From Oscillospiraceae bacterium (GTDB lineage: Bacteria; Bacillota; Clostridia; Oscillospirales; WRJC01), in assembly GCA_009780985.1 (NCBI GenBank), contig WQYZ01000002.1, forward strand, positions 1 to 62,691: a DNA stretch of 62,691 nt, written 5' to 3'. Below the pieces are notes generated by a model. It saw nothing but the letters and a program-made list of their open reading frames with translations, had not been told where the DNA came from and did not search any database. The translations under genes and the position numbers were made by a program. Positions within the stretch are counted from its first letter, which is position 1, and each line of letters begins with the position of its first letter. Below, in pieces: positions 41,049-50,278 of this stretch.

Positions 41049-41873
41049 TTATCTAAATAATATCTCGTCAATCCATTTGATTGCCATATCAATCCAGCGC
41101 GCCACATACGGCATAACCATGTTCTCATTCGGCGCGACTTCTTCATTTGCGAGCGACAAGCCGTGTTCGCCGTACGGAAATACATGCAGTTCAAACGGGA
41201 TTTTATGCGCCGCGAGAGCTTCGCACATATAAAGCGAGTTTTCTACGGGAACTCCGGAATCCTCGGATGTATGCCATACAAATGCCGGACATGTGTCAGA
41301 ATCCACATGCTTTTCAAGAGAAAATCTGTCCAATTCTTCATGTGTTGCGGGTCTGTTTTCCGCGTCGGCTAATTTCAATATGGACCCTCTGTGTCCTTTC
41401 TCTCCCGACGTGATTACGGGATAACCCAAAATCATACCATTGGGTCTGATATAGGAGTTTTCACAACCCAAAGTTTTTGATATAACGTCAAGTTTCCACA
41501 GTGTACCGATAGTTGCAGCAAGATGTCCGCCAGCGGAAAATCCGCAGACGACAATTTTATCTTTGTCGATATTCCATTCGCCGGCATGGTCGCGGATATA
41601 TTTCATTGCCGTCGCCGCGTCCAAAAGCGGAGTATATCCAACCGCTTCTTCTTTTACGGAATATCTTAAAATAAACGCATTCATGCCAGCCGCGAAAAAC
41701 GCTTTTGCGACAGGTTCGGCTTCCCTGTCGCTTGTGATATAATAACCTCCGCCGGGTAAAACGAGCACGGCTTTTTTCTTCAGGTTGCGCAGTTCGGGCG
41801 AATTTTCAGACACATAGGTTGTAAGAGTGATGTGCGGTCTATCTGGATATAACGGTATAGTTTTGTAAATCAT
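41049..41873 (-). CDS. Alpha/beta hydrolase (esterase/lipase-like)
   Basis: VLPGGGY oxyanion region and GFSAGGHLA nucleophile elbow. Confidence 0.88.
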   Translation of the reverse strand: MIYKTIPLYPDRPHITLTTYVSENSPELRNLKKKAVLVLPGGGYYITSDREAEPVAKAFFAAGMNAFILRYSVKEEAVGYTPLLDAATAMKYIRDHAGEWNIDKDKIVVCGFSAGGHLAATIGTLWKLDVISKTLGCENSYIRPNGMILGYPVITSGEKGHRGSILKLADAENRPATHEELDRFSLEKHVDSDTCPAFVWHTSEDSGVPVENSLYMCEALAAHKIPFELHVFPYGEHGLSLANEEVAPNENMVMPYVARWIDMAIKWIDEILFR

Positions 41874-41912
41874 ATGTATTTTCCCTTCGATTTGGTTTTA
41901 TTTTAACGGTTT

Positions 41913-42455
41913 TTAGTTTTTATGTTTTAAATATTTTATCGTTCCGCGATAGAACAGCCAATCTTCAAACAATTTGAAAACGCTGAAAAATGTAAAACCT
42001 ATAATTCCTCCGCCTATAGGTATTGCCGTTCCTATAATAATGCCTATAAACGCGTCGTTCGTTGACCACAGCCGCAGTATAGCGATAATTCCCATAGCCA
42101 GTCCGACAAAAACAAATGCTGCCGAAATCGCCCATTTTACGACTTTTACCGCAACTGTTATTATGTCGTACATATCGGTTTTACCGACAGTCAGTTTTAT
42201 TTCTTCAAACATCATAACATTTTCGTTCAGATAATCTATAACTTCGGGGTCTTTTAATTTTTTAATATCGCATAGATTTCTAAAGTGCGAAATCGATTCG
42301 CGATAATTGGTTTCTCCGAAAATATTTCCTGTATGATTTATATGTTCTTTGCATATATTGCAGATTAATCTTTTATTTCCGGTTTTGTCCGTGAATAAAA
42401 AATATTTATTTTTTTCGTCTGTAATTTTTGATTTGCATATACAGCATCTTTCCAT
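41913..42455 (-). CDS. Hypothetical membrane protein with an N-terminal zinc-ribbon-like CxxC...CxxC
   Basis: CCICKS...CNICKEH followed by two to three TM helices. Confidence 0.7.
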   Translation of the reverse strand: MERCCICKSKITDEKNKYFLFTDKTGNKRLICNICKEHINHTGNIFGETNYRESISHFRNLCDIKKLKDPEVIDYLNENVMMFEEIKLTVGKTDMYDIITVAVKVVKWAISAAFVFVGLAMGIIAILRLWSTNDAFIGIIIGTAIPIGGGIIGFTFFSVFKLFEDWLFYRGTIKYLKHKN

Positions 42456-42485
42456 ATGTAATAAAACACCTCCGTTCCGGCATAG

Positions 42486-43430
42486 TCAGGCATAATCCCT
42501 GTATTTTTTCCAGACGTCAAGAACCAGCAAATATCTTTCGAGCGGGAGACCGTGAAAAGGTACGTTGCTTGTGCAGAAAATATAACCGCCGTTCGGTTTA
42601 CCGTTTTCGATTGCATATTCCGCGCTGGCGATTACTTCCTCATTCGTGCCGGTCTGCATGAGAGCGCAGTTGACGTTTCCGCAAAGGCAGATTTTATCGC
42701 CGATTAATCTTTTTACTTCTTTTATGTCAACTCTTGCCATAGGGTCGAGGGAATGTATGCCGTGAGGCTCGCACTCTGCGAGCTGGTCGAGGATAGGCAT
42801 AATATCGCCGTCGGTGTGCTTGATTGCATATGCGCCGGAATCCCGTATGCTTTTTATTATTCTTTTCAGATACGGGGTTATGTATTCCCTAAACATAACG
42901 GGAGAGAGGAACGGACCGGAATTATAACAGTAATCGGAGCATAAAATAAACGAGTCAAAACCGGCGTCAACAGCCTTTTTATTGGATTCTATCGCCCAGT
43001 TTGCCCAATCCTCAGCCTGTTGTTTAACCCCGTCCGGGTCGTCCGCAATTCTGTACGCGAAGTCGTACATACCGTTTCCGTCGGGAATACTGAACGTTCC
43101 GTCGCCGTGTTTTGTAAGCATATATTTGTCCCCGGAGATTTTTCTGATTATTCTTGCGGTTTCAAGCTGATTTTCAAAGTTCAGATGGTGTATGGGAATT
43201 ATGGAATATTCGAGTTTCTCAAAAAGTTCAAGCATAAATTCTGCGTTTTCGCGAAGTTTTTTATCTGTTTCGGATTTGGATAATCCGTCGAGTTCATGCT
43301 GTCTTAAATAATCTTTACCCATATATTCCCTTGTAAGCTGGAATTCAAGTTCAAAAGTCGGGATTTGGTCCGGTATTTTGCACGTCAAAGCGGCGATCGC
43401 GCGCTCTTTGGGCGTCATTTGCGCAGGCAT
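42486..43430 (-). CDS. Uroporphyrinogen decarboxylase (URO-D) family protein
   Basis: TPKERAIAAL N-terminus, KHTDGDI..GIHSLDP..CGNVN..GGYIFCTSN. Confidence 0.86.
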   Translation of the reverse strand: MPAQMTPKERAIAALTCKIPDQIPTFELEFQLTREYMGKDYLRQHELDGLSKSETDKKLRENAEFMLELFEKLEYSIIPIHHLNFENQLETARIIRKISGDKYMLTKHGDGTFSIPDGNGMYDFAYRIADDPDGVKQQAEDWANWAIESNKKAVDAGFDSFILCSDYCYNSGPFLSPVMFREYITPYLKRIIKSIRDSGAYAIKHTDGDIMPILDQLAECEPHGIHSLDPMARVDIKEVKRLIGDKICLCGNVNCALMQTGTNEEVIASAEYAIENGKPNGGYIFCTSNVPFHGLPLERYLLVLDVWKKYRDYA

Positions 43431-43506
43431 AAATACGTTCTCCTTTTATATTTTTTATTTCATAAATTCATATGTATATTATATACTATGTATGATCAAA
43501 AGTCAA

Positions 43507-45048
43507 TTAAATTTTTTTATTTATTCTAATCCTGATTAACCAAATTATGCATATTACGATAAATATCCATGCCAGATATAACATAAAATCGCCGAAAACA
43601 GTATAAACTGTTTTGTCTTTTACAACTCCGACTTCCGCACTCAAAACCTCAGTCTGCAAGGCATCCGACTGTTTTATTATATCCCCCGTAGGTGAAATAA
43701 ACGAGGAAATTCCGGTGTTTGCCGACCTAACTACATATCTGTTGTTCTCGACTGCGCGCAGTACAGCCTGTGCGTTGTGCTGATAGACCGCCGGGGAATC
43801 CCTGAACCATGAGTCGTTTGTTGTTATAATCAGTATATCCGCGCCGTCGTTGACTGATTTTCTCGCAAGCTCTGGGAAAATAGAGTCAAAACACACAAGA
43901 CCGCCGTAATTTATCCCGTTTACGCTCATAATATTGGAGTTCTCTCCCGGGGTCAGCAGCGAATCAAACAGCGATATATTTGCGACAAACGGGAAAATGG
44001 ATTTCAGAACATTTTCCATCGGCAGATATTCCCCGAACGGCACAAGATGACGTTTACAGTACGGCTGTATAAAATCGTAGTTTTTATCAAACGCCATAAT
44101 CGCGTTATATTCGCTGTCTCCGGAATCATAAAAAGCCCCCGTAAACACAGTTAAATTATTTTTTTCCGCGAACTCGCATATATTGCTGTATAAAGAACTT
44201 CCGTAATCTATATTTGTCGGAATTGCCGTTTCGGGCCAAACGGTAATATTAGTATTTTCATCTTTGTATTTTTCCGATAGAGATTTGTATTTATTCAGCG
44301 AGACAGTAATTGCATCGTCAGCCCATTTTTCGTACGATGATACATTTCCCTGCACAATCTGAGCGTTTATCTTCTGCGTTTCCGATGGTTTATCGATATA
44401 ATCGTAATACTCAATCCTGAAATACCCGAAATATGAATTTGCGAAATATAATAAAATAACGCATAAAATCAGCAGATTATTTTTACTTACAGGAATTATG
44501 AGCTCCGATTTGTTCAGTTTATTTAATATATACAACGCTATTGCCGAGTTTATGAAAATAATTATAAAACTCACAAAATATGTACCGAACAAAGATAAAC
44601 TCTGTATAAAAAATAAGTTTGTGTACTGTGTCAAAGACAGTTTCGCCCACGTAAGCCCCGACAAAAACCATGACTGCGCCCATTCGACAATCACATACAG
44701 GCACGCCGTAAGGATCGGAAGATAAAATATATTAAATACAGTCGTATTTATTTTTTCGCGGACCCATACTCTCCCGAAAAGTTTAAGGCCCAGAGGCAGA
44801 ATAAGCATAACAAAAGTCTGCAGAACAGGAAATCCGACCCACGCCGCAATCACTATAAAAAGACTTTGCAGAGGCGTGACTCCCGTCTGCTCCATAGGAT
44901 ACATCCATAAAAACCAGATATATACCGGAAGATAAAAACTCATTCCAAAGACGACAGTATATCTTATTAATTTATATCTTTTGTTTTTATTATTTAATAT
45001 CTCGTTGAATAAAATCAGAAAAAACGGGATGCCCGCCGCAAACGACAA
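43507..45048 (-). CDS. lnt: Apolipoprotein N-acyltransferase-like protein (multi-TM N-terminus plus CN-hydrolase domain)
   Basis: CN-hydrolase triad context VWPETAIP (E), CKRHLVPFGEY (K) and GGLVCFDSIF (C). The frame stays open about 90 nt upstream of the TTG at 45048. Confidence 0.82.
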   Translation of the reverse strand: MSFAAGIPFFLILFNEILNNKNKRYKLIRYTVVFGMSFYLPVYIWFLWMYPMEQTGVTPLQSLFIVIAAWVGFPVLQTFVMLILPLGLKLFGRVWVREKINTTVFNIFYLPILTACLYVIVEWAQSWFLSGLTWAKLSLTQYTNLFFIQSLSLFGTYFVSFIIIFINSAIALYILNKLNKSELIIPVSKNNLLILCVILLYFANSYFGYFRIEYYDYIDKPSETQKINAQIVQGNVSSYEKWADDAITVSLNKYKSLSEKYKDENTNITVWPETAIPTNIDYGSSLYSNICEFAEKNNLTVFTGAFYDSGDSEYNAIMAFDKNYDFIQPYCKRHLVPFGEYLPMENVLKSIFPFVANISLFDSLLTPGENSNIMSVNGINYGGLVCFDSIFPELARKSVNDGADILIITTNDSWFRDSPAVYQHNAQAVLRAVENNRYVVRSANTGISSFISPTGDIIKQSDALQTEVLSAEVGVVKDKTVYTVFGDFMLYLAWIFIVICIIWLIRIRINKKI

Positions 45049-45185
45049 TATGCTCAGCTGCGGGAAAATAAAAGGAACGGCAAATAAAAGTCCGGAGAGA
45101 ATAATATATAGATATCTAAATTTTATTTTTATAATAATGCCTCCATGTTTACATTAATTAAAACTAATTTTTTATTGTTATAATT

Positions 45186-45307
45186 AGATGTGTCCGGAAA
45201 CCCCGATTTACGTAGGGGCGGATGGTAATCCGCCCGTGATTTTACGGGACGATTACTTAAATTCAACGAAGTTTAATTTGTGTCCCCTACAGTTTCCGGA
45301 CAGATCT
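45186..45307. repeat. Compound REP-like element with terminal inverted repeats (variant copy of 62383-62474)
   Basis: Shares identical blocks of 16, 45 and 24 nt with the 62-kb copy and differs by two internal indel segments. Confidence 0.85.
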
Positions 45308-45358
45308 ATTATACATCAACAAAAATCGTTTGTAAATAGAAAAAATATATTATTTTAT

Positions 45359-45387
45359 TTGACAATTTTCGATTTAACTGGTATAAT
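45359..45387 (+). promoter_or_regulatory. Consensus promoter for the CPBP gene
   Basis: TTGACA-17 nt-TATAAT with a TGg extended -10. The ATG at 45396 would be nearly leaderless; in-frame GTG 45408 and TTG 45420 are alternatives. Confidence 0.6.
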
Positions 45388-45395
45388 TAATTTAA

Positions 45396-46631
45396 ATGAA
45401 ATTAAAAGTGGGTGATTCATTGTCCGATAATTATAACAGTTATGATAACAACAAAAATAATATAAACAAGAAAAATAATGCAAACCGGTGGGTTTACACT
45501 ACAAACTATGATAAGAGGCAGTTTATTTTCACTATGCTTTTGATTTCCTTTGCCGTTTTAATTCAGTTTATTCTCCTGGGAAAACTTAGCGAGTTGATAT
45601 ACAATGCATGGAACAGTTATTTTCAATATACTTTCAATCCAAGAAGCATATTTTATAAATTTTTTATGTCAATGGATTCGGACGAATTTAATAATTTTAT
45701 AAGCAGCATATCGGAAATAATCGTTTATATTATTTCTTTTGCGGTAGTATTTACCGTACTTATATTTTTCCTGCGCAAAGCGGCTGCGAAAACGGACATG
45801 TACGTCCAAAACAGGGTTTCATTTAAATTCAGACTGCCGAAAAACACCTGGGCTTTATTGATACTTGGTCTTTCGATTGTTTATCTTTGCGGTATGATTT
45901 CCAATGTTTTAGACTACTTTTTCAGATTTTTCGGCATAGATAAGATTTATTACGACACTCCCCTGCTTCCTAAAACCTGGTATGGATTTGTGCTTTATTT
46001 TATCGCTATTGTATTAACACCTGCGTTTTTCGAGGAAATTTTCTGCAGATTTCTGATACTGAATTCTCTCCGTAAATACGGAGGCGGATTTGCGATTATA
46101 ACAAGCGCAATCCTGTTCGGCATGCTCCACGGACGCACAGACGCGTTCTTGTATGCCACTGCTATAGGGCTCTACAGCGCGTATATCGCAGTCAAGACAA
46201 AATCAATATGGTTTTCGATAATACTTCATGCATTTGTAAATGCAATGACATTAGTCTGGGGCTACATATCGGAACTGAAATCCTTGTCGTCCGACCATCT
46301 GGACATAATATATCTTTTGTTTTCGTGCGCAATATTTATATTTTCCATTGTTTATTTAATAATCACATTTATAATAAAGAAAAAGAATTTGACGCTTACA
46401 AAACACATAAACTATGTATATATAAGAAGAAGCAGAAAAATTTTGTTATTTTTCAATATTGCAACAATAATATTTTTATGCCTGGCAATATATCAAGCTT
46501 CGCAGGATTACAGTATATCGACCGGAAGTTCGGGATCATCGGGTTCTTCCCAAAGTCTGAGCGTTATCCCTGAACCTATGAATCAGAGATATGATATAAA
46601 TATATGGGATATGGACAGATATGGAGTATAA
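45396..46631 (+). CDS. CPBP family intramembrane glutamic endopeptidase (CAAX protease-like)
   Basis: EEIFCRF, FGMLHG and ILHAFVNA motifs. Ser/Gly-rich tail. Confidence 0.85.
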   Translation: MKLKVGDSLSDNYNSYDNNKNNINKKNNANRWVYTTNYDKRQFIFTMLLISFAVLIQFILLGKLSELIYNAWNSYFQYTFNPRSIFYKFFMSMDSDEFNNFISSISEIIVYIISFAVVFTVLIFFLRKAAAKTDMYVQNRVSFKFRLPKNTWALLILGLSIVYLCGMISNVLDYFFRFFGIDKIYYDTPLLPKTWYGFVLYFIAIVLTPAFFEEIFCRFLILNSLRKYGGGFAIITSAILFGMLHGRTDAFLYATAIGLYSAYIAVKTKSIWFSIILHAFVNAMTLVWGYISELKSLSSDHLDIIYLLFSCAIFIFSIVYLIITFIIKKKNLTLTKHINYVYIRRSRKILLFFNIATIIFLCLAIYQASQDYSISTGSSGSSGSSQSLSVIPEPMNQRYDINIWDMDRYGV

Positions 46632-47085
46632 TACTGACGATTATTTCTATATGAAAAAAGCTCTGGAACATGCGGAAACGGCGAAAAATATAGACGAAGT
46701 CCCGGTAGGATGCGTCATTGTAAAAGACGGCAAAATAATCGCGTCGGGATATAACCGCAGGGAAAGCGACCAGAACGCTTTGGCTCACGCAGAGATTGCG
46801 GCTATAAAAACAGCGTGCGATAAAACGGGATTCTGGCGGCTCGACGGCTGTGATTTATACGTGACGCTTGAACCCTGCGTAATGTGCGCGGGAGCGATTA
46901 TAAATTCGCGAATAAGACGCGTAATATTCGGCGCATCCGATAAAAAAGCCGGAGCGTTCGGCGGCGTGATAAATTTAAACGATTATCCGTTTAATCACAA
47001 ACCCGAAATAATAAGCGGCATATGCGAAAATGAAACAGGCGCTCTGCTCAGTGAATTTTTCTCGTATTTGCGAAAGAATAAATAA
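46621..47085 (+). CDS. tadA: tRNA adenosine(34) deaminase
   Basis: HAEIAAI and LEPCVMCAGA zinc-binding motifs. Confidence 0.93.
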   Translation: MEYNTDDYFYMKKALEHAETAKNIDEVPVGCVIVKDGKIIASGYNRRESDQNALAHAEIAAIKTACDKTGFWRLDGCDLYVTLEPCVMCAGAIINSRIRRVIFGASDKKAGAFGGVINLNDYPFNHKPEIISGICENETGALLSEFFSYLRKNK

Positions 47086-47110
47086 TAAATATGTCTTAAA
47101 TCTATTTAAC

Positions 47111-47138
47111 GCAGAGACACGATATATCGTGTCTCTGC
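47111..47138. terminator. Bidirectional terminator hairpin
   Basis: GCAGAGACACGA-tata-TCGTGTCTCTGC between convergent tadA and the RCC1 gene. Confidence 0.7.
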
Positions 47139-47147
47139 GTTATTCTC

Positions 47148-49010
47148 CTATCCTTCAAATTTTTCAAACATTCTGTACAGCAAAATCGCAAAATCGCCGC
47201 GCGTCATTGTTTCGTCGAATGCGAGCCTGTTGTCTATACGTTTTAAAATAAGCCCCTCTTTTATCGGGAAGGCAATCTCCGCCCTGCTTTCTTCCGTACT
47301 TGCCGCAAATAAAAATTCATACCCGTCTGCAAAACCTCTTATATAATCTATACTTTCCCCGCCGTCGGGAAATTTGCAGTTCGCATATGTTGTCAGAATA
47401 TGCGTGGCAATATCAAATATTACCTCTCTTGACATTTCCGCGTTCGGCGCAAACGATGTCGAAGAAGTTCCATTAATTATATTAAATTGATCTGCTTTAT
47501 ACGCTTCGTTGTAAAACCAATCCGATTTTTTTACATCTGTAAAGTAATCTAACTTTGCATTGTTCAAGTCCATAGATATTCCGAAATATTCAAGAAGCCG
47601 TACGGTAAACGCCGCAACTTCGGCTTGTGTGACGGGTTTATCCGGCGCAAACAGATTGTCCGATTCGCCTTTTATTATGTTTTTTGATTCGAGAAAATGT
47701 ATCGCATTTTGCATTTCCTGCGGTTTTTTTGATATATCCGTAAATTTTTCCTCATATTTACCCTCTGTGTCGGAATTTATACTGGAATCATAAATATAAA
47801 CGGAATTTGATAAACTCTTCGCGAAAAGCATTACATCGCCGGTAATTTCACCTGATATGGGCTTTTGCGTATATACTCCGTTGCCGTAGCCTGTATTGCC
47901 TTGCCGGTCGTATCCCCAGCTCCACAAAGTGCCTGCGCTTATGCTGTCGAATTCCACTGCTATTGTACTTGCATATCCCGCCGAAATCTGTATTATCCTT
48001 GTGCTGATATTTTTGATTTTAACCGGCGCCGATTGCGGCGCAAATGTTCCGTCGCCGAACTGACCGTCGCTGTTATCACCCCAAGCCCACAGGCTTCCGT
48101 CAGATTTTATCGCAACGGTGTGCAGACCTCCAGCAGAAGCCTGAACAACATTATCCATAAGTTTATAAGGCGTGGGGCTGTACGAATTAACGCGCCCTGT
48201 CCCAAGCTGACCGAGACTGTTGTCTCCCCAAATCCACAGACTGCCGTCTGTTTTTACCGCCGCCGTATGCCATTGTCCGGCTGAAACCTGCATGACGTTA
48301 TCCATGATTTTAACCGGAGTGAGTTTATTTACCGTTGTATTGTCGCCGAGCTGACCTGTGCTGTTATCACCCCAAGCCCACAGACTGCCGTCCGATTTTA
48401 TTGCCATGGAAAAATCGGCTCCGAGAGAAATCTTTATGACGTTATTCATTATTTTAATCGGGGTCAAATGCTCGAGTTTCGTGCCGTCGCCGCTCTGCCC
48501 ATAATAATTGTCACCCCAAGCCCACAGACTGCCGTCCGATTTTATTGCCATGGAAAAAGAACCGCCCGCCGATATTTGAATCACACCGTCCATAATCTTG
48601 ACGGGGGACGTTCTGTTTATCGTAAAACCGTTGCCAATCTGACCTTTGTCGTTATCACCCCAAGCCCACAGACTGCCGTCCGATTTGAGCGCGAGAGTAT
48701 GCCACCCTCCGGCTGAAACCTGAACGACGTCGTCCATGACTTTGACGGGCTGTTGTCTGTAAACGGTCGTGCCGTCGCCGATTTGCCCGTAGTTATTCCA
48801 GCCCCAAAGCCACAGGCTGCCGTCAGATTTAATAAAAGCCGAGTGATTTCCTCCTGCGCTTATCGACGAGAACGAATCCCCGACTGCGTACGCTTTAATT
48901 GAGCCGACGGAAGAAACAGCGGGTACAAGCGCAAGCATTAATAAAAACGCCAGAAAAACGCTCAATAATCTGTTTTTGTTTCTCAAAATCTTTTTAATAT
49001 TCATAATCAT
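47148..49010 (-). CDS. Secreted RCC1-repeat beta-propeller protein with C-terminal SLH-like domains
   Basis: Signal peptide, seven SAGGxH..KSDGSLWAWGDN..GQ.G blades, and a C-terminus with SLH-like FTD...FAPDKPVTQAE segments. Confidence 0.85.
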   Translation of the reverse strand: MIMNIKKILRNKNRLLSVFLAFLLMLALVPAVSSVGSIKAYAVGDSFSSISAGGNHSAFIKSDGSLWLWGWNNYGQIGDGTTVYRQQPVKVMDDVVQVSAGGWHTLALKSDGSLWAWGDNDKGQIGNGFTINRTSPVKIMDGVIQISAGGSFSMAIKSDGSLWAWGDNYYGQSGDGTKLEHLTPIKIMNNVIKISLGADFSMAIKSDGSLWAWGDNSTGQLGDNTTVNKLTPVKIMDNVMQVSAGQWHTAAVKTDGSLWIWGDNSLGQLGTGRVNSYSPTPYKLMDNVVQASAGGLHTVAIKSDGSLWAWGDNSDGQFGDGTFAPQSAPVKIKNISTRIIQISAGYASTIAVEFDSISAGTLWSWGYDRQGNTGYGNGVYTQKPISGEITGDVMLFAKSLSNSVYIYDSSINSDTEGKYEEKFTDISKKPQEMQNAIHFLESKNIIKGESDNLFAPDKPVTQAEVAAFTVRLLEYFGISMDLNNAKLDYFTDVKKSDWFYNEAYKADQFNIINGTSSTSFAPNAEMSREVIFDIATHILTTYANCKFPDGGESIDYIRGFADGYEFLFAASTEESRAEIAFPIKEGLILKRIDNRLAFDETMTRGDFAILLYRMFEKFEG

Positions 49011-49132
49011 ATGTAATCCCCATAATATAACAATTTAACTTACTTTATTTTATATTCAGACAGTCTATATAATTAATTATATCACGGGAATATATATTTT
49101 GTCCACTGTTATATTTTATATATTTGAAAACA

Positions 49133-49963
49133 TTATTTCCGTTCCAGAATCTTTTTGACAATCTCCGAATTTACGGCGATCTGATCCATATATTTTTGAA
49201 ACATGCCGACTACGACTACGTCAATATCTTTTATATTGGCGAATGTCTCCTCAAACGCTCCTTGAATCTGTCCGGGAGTTTCGCAAAGCCTGCCCGCGCC
49301 TAAAATTTTAAATTCATGGCACTGTTTGGATACGGATTTTATCGTTTTATACATCAGTTCCCGGTCTTCCCTGTAAAACGGCTCGCCGTTGTTGATTTTT
49401 CCGGTAACGGCGGAACTGACCCTTTCTATTCTGCTGAGATTGTACAGACACGTCATATAGAAATCCACGTCAAAATTATGTTCCTCGGCATACTCCACAA
49501 CCTGCGGCATATGAGTGCACAGTCCTACAGATACGCCCGTATCTCGCATTATTTTTAGACGGGTTTTCAATTCGTCATACTTTTTTTCTTTAAAAAGAGC
49601 GTCTGTTATTGTCCCGTGATGATATATCGAAACCGGCTTATAATTCATTATCTGGTAAATATTACCCTCAAAAGACGACATCTCCGAAGCGGTCTGCGCT
49701 ATCCACTGCAGCGAGCCGCCGTCCTGACGGAATTCCCTTATAATTCTGAAAATATGCTTGTCTCCGCGCAAAGTCATTGTGTTTATGCCGCATTCTTCAG
49801 CGCGGAACAGAGCTTTTTTTATATTTGCAGTTGTGTAGTAATCTTCCATTTCATTGTCCGCTTCAGACGACATATGCGACGTTCCGCTGAATATATTGCC
49901 GCCTATTATCATTCTGCTGATATTGACGTCAGAACCGCTTAATTTTACTGTGTTTATTTTCAT
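49133..49963 (-). CDS. Hypothetical protein
   Basis: 276-aa ORF with no confident motif. Confidence 0.7.
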   Translation of the reverse strand: MKINTVKLSGSDVNISRMIIGGNIFSGTSHMSSEADNEMEDYYTTANIKKALFRAEECGINTMTLRGDKHIFRIIREFRQDGGSLQWIAQTASEMSSFEGNIYQIMNYKPVSIYHHGTITDALFKEKKYDELKTRLKIMRDTGVSVGLCTHMPQVVEYAEEHNFDVDFYMTCLYNLSRIERVSSAVTGKINNGEPFYREDRELMYKTIKSVSKQCHEFKILGAGRLCETPGQIQGAFEETFANIKDIDVVVVGMFQKYMDQIAVNSEIVKKILERK

Positions 49964-50047
49964 ATGGTTGTACCTCGTATAATTAACCTAAGTTTTAAAT
50001 GTATAACTTTGCAAACATCGAACATTTGCGCTGAAAAAAATAATTAT

Positions 50048-50278
50048 TAGACCTGTCCGAAAACTGTTTCTTTTGCCCTCTTTATTAAAGAGGGTGCCGC
50101 CTGCAGGCGGCGGGTGCTTTGTCAATTTTGATGTTGTGCGGGGAGGCAAAACACCTGTCACGCGGATTACACGCTGTTTTACAGTGGGTTACGCAGGTTC
50201 TCGCGTGCCACCCTCTTTGCGAAAGAGGGCTTTTGGTGCGACACATTTATGTTGTTCCACAGTTCTCGGACATGTCTA
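50048..50278. mobile_element. MITE-like non-coding element with 20-bp terminal inverted repeats
   Basis: TAGACCTGTCCGAAAACTGT pairs with ACAGTTCTCGGACATGTCTA (18/20). Inside are two copies of the hairpin CCCTCTTT-N3-AAAGAGGG and the palindrome GCCGCCTGCAGGCGGC. No coding capacity. Confidence 0.7.

Noticed and set aside
45188-45415. ORFs that read through palindromic repeats (45188-45415, 50073-50409, 29643-29876, 16473-16852).
   Set aside because: Their sequences come from GC-rich inverted repeats (peptides such as VGADGNPPV, VGANCVRPY and PLWGGVA). They have no RBS and no coherent domain.
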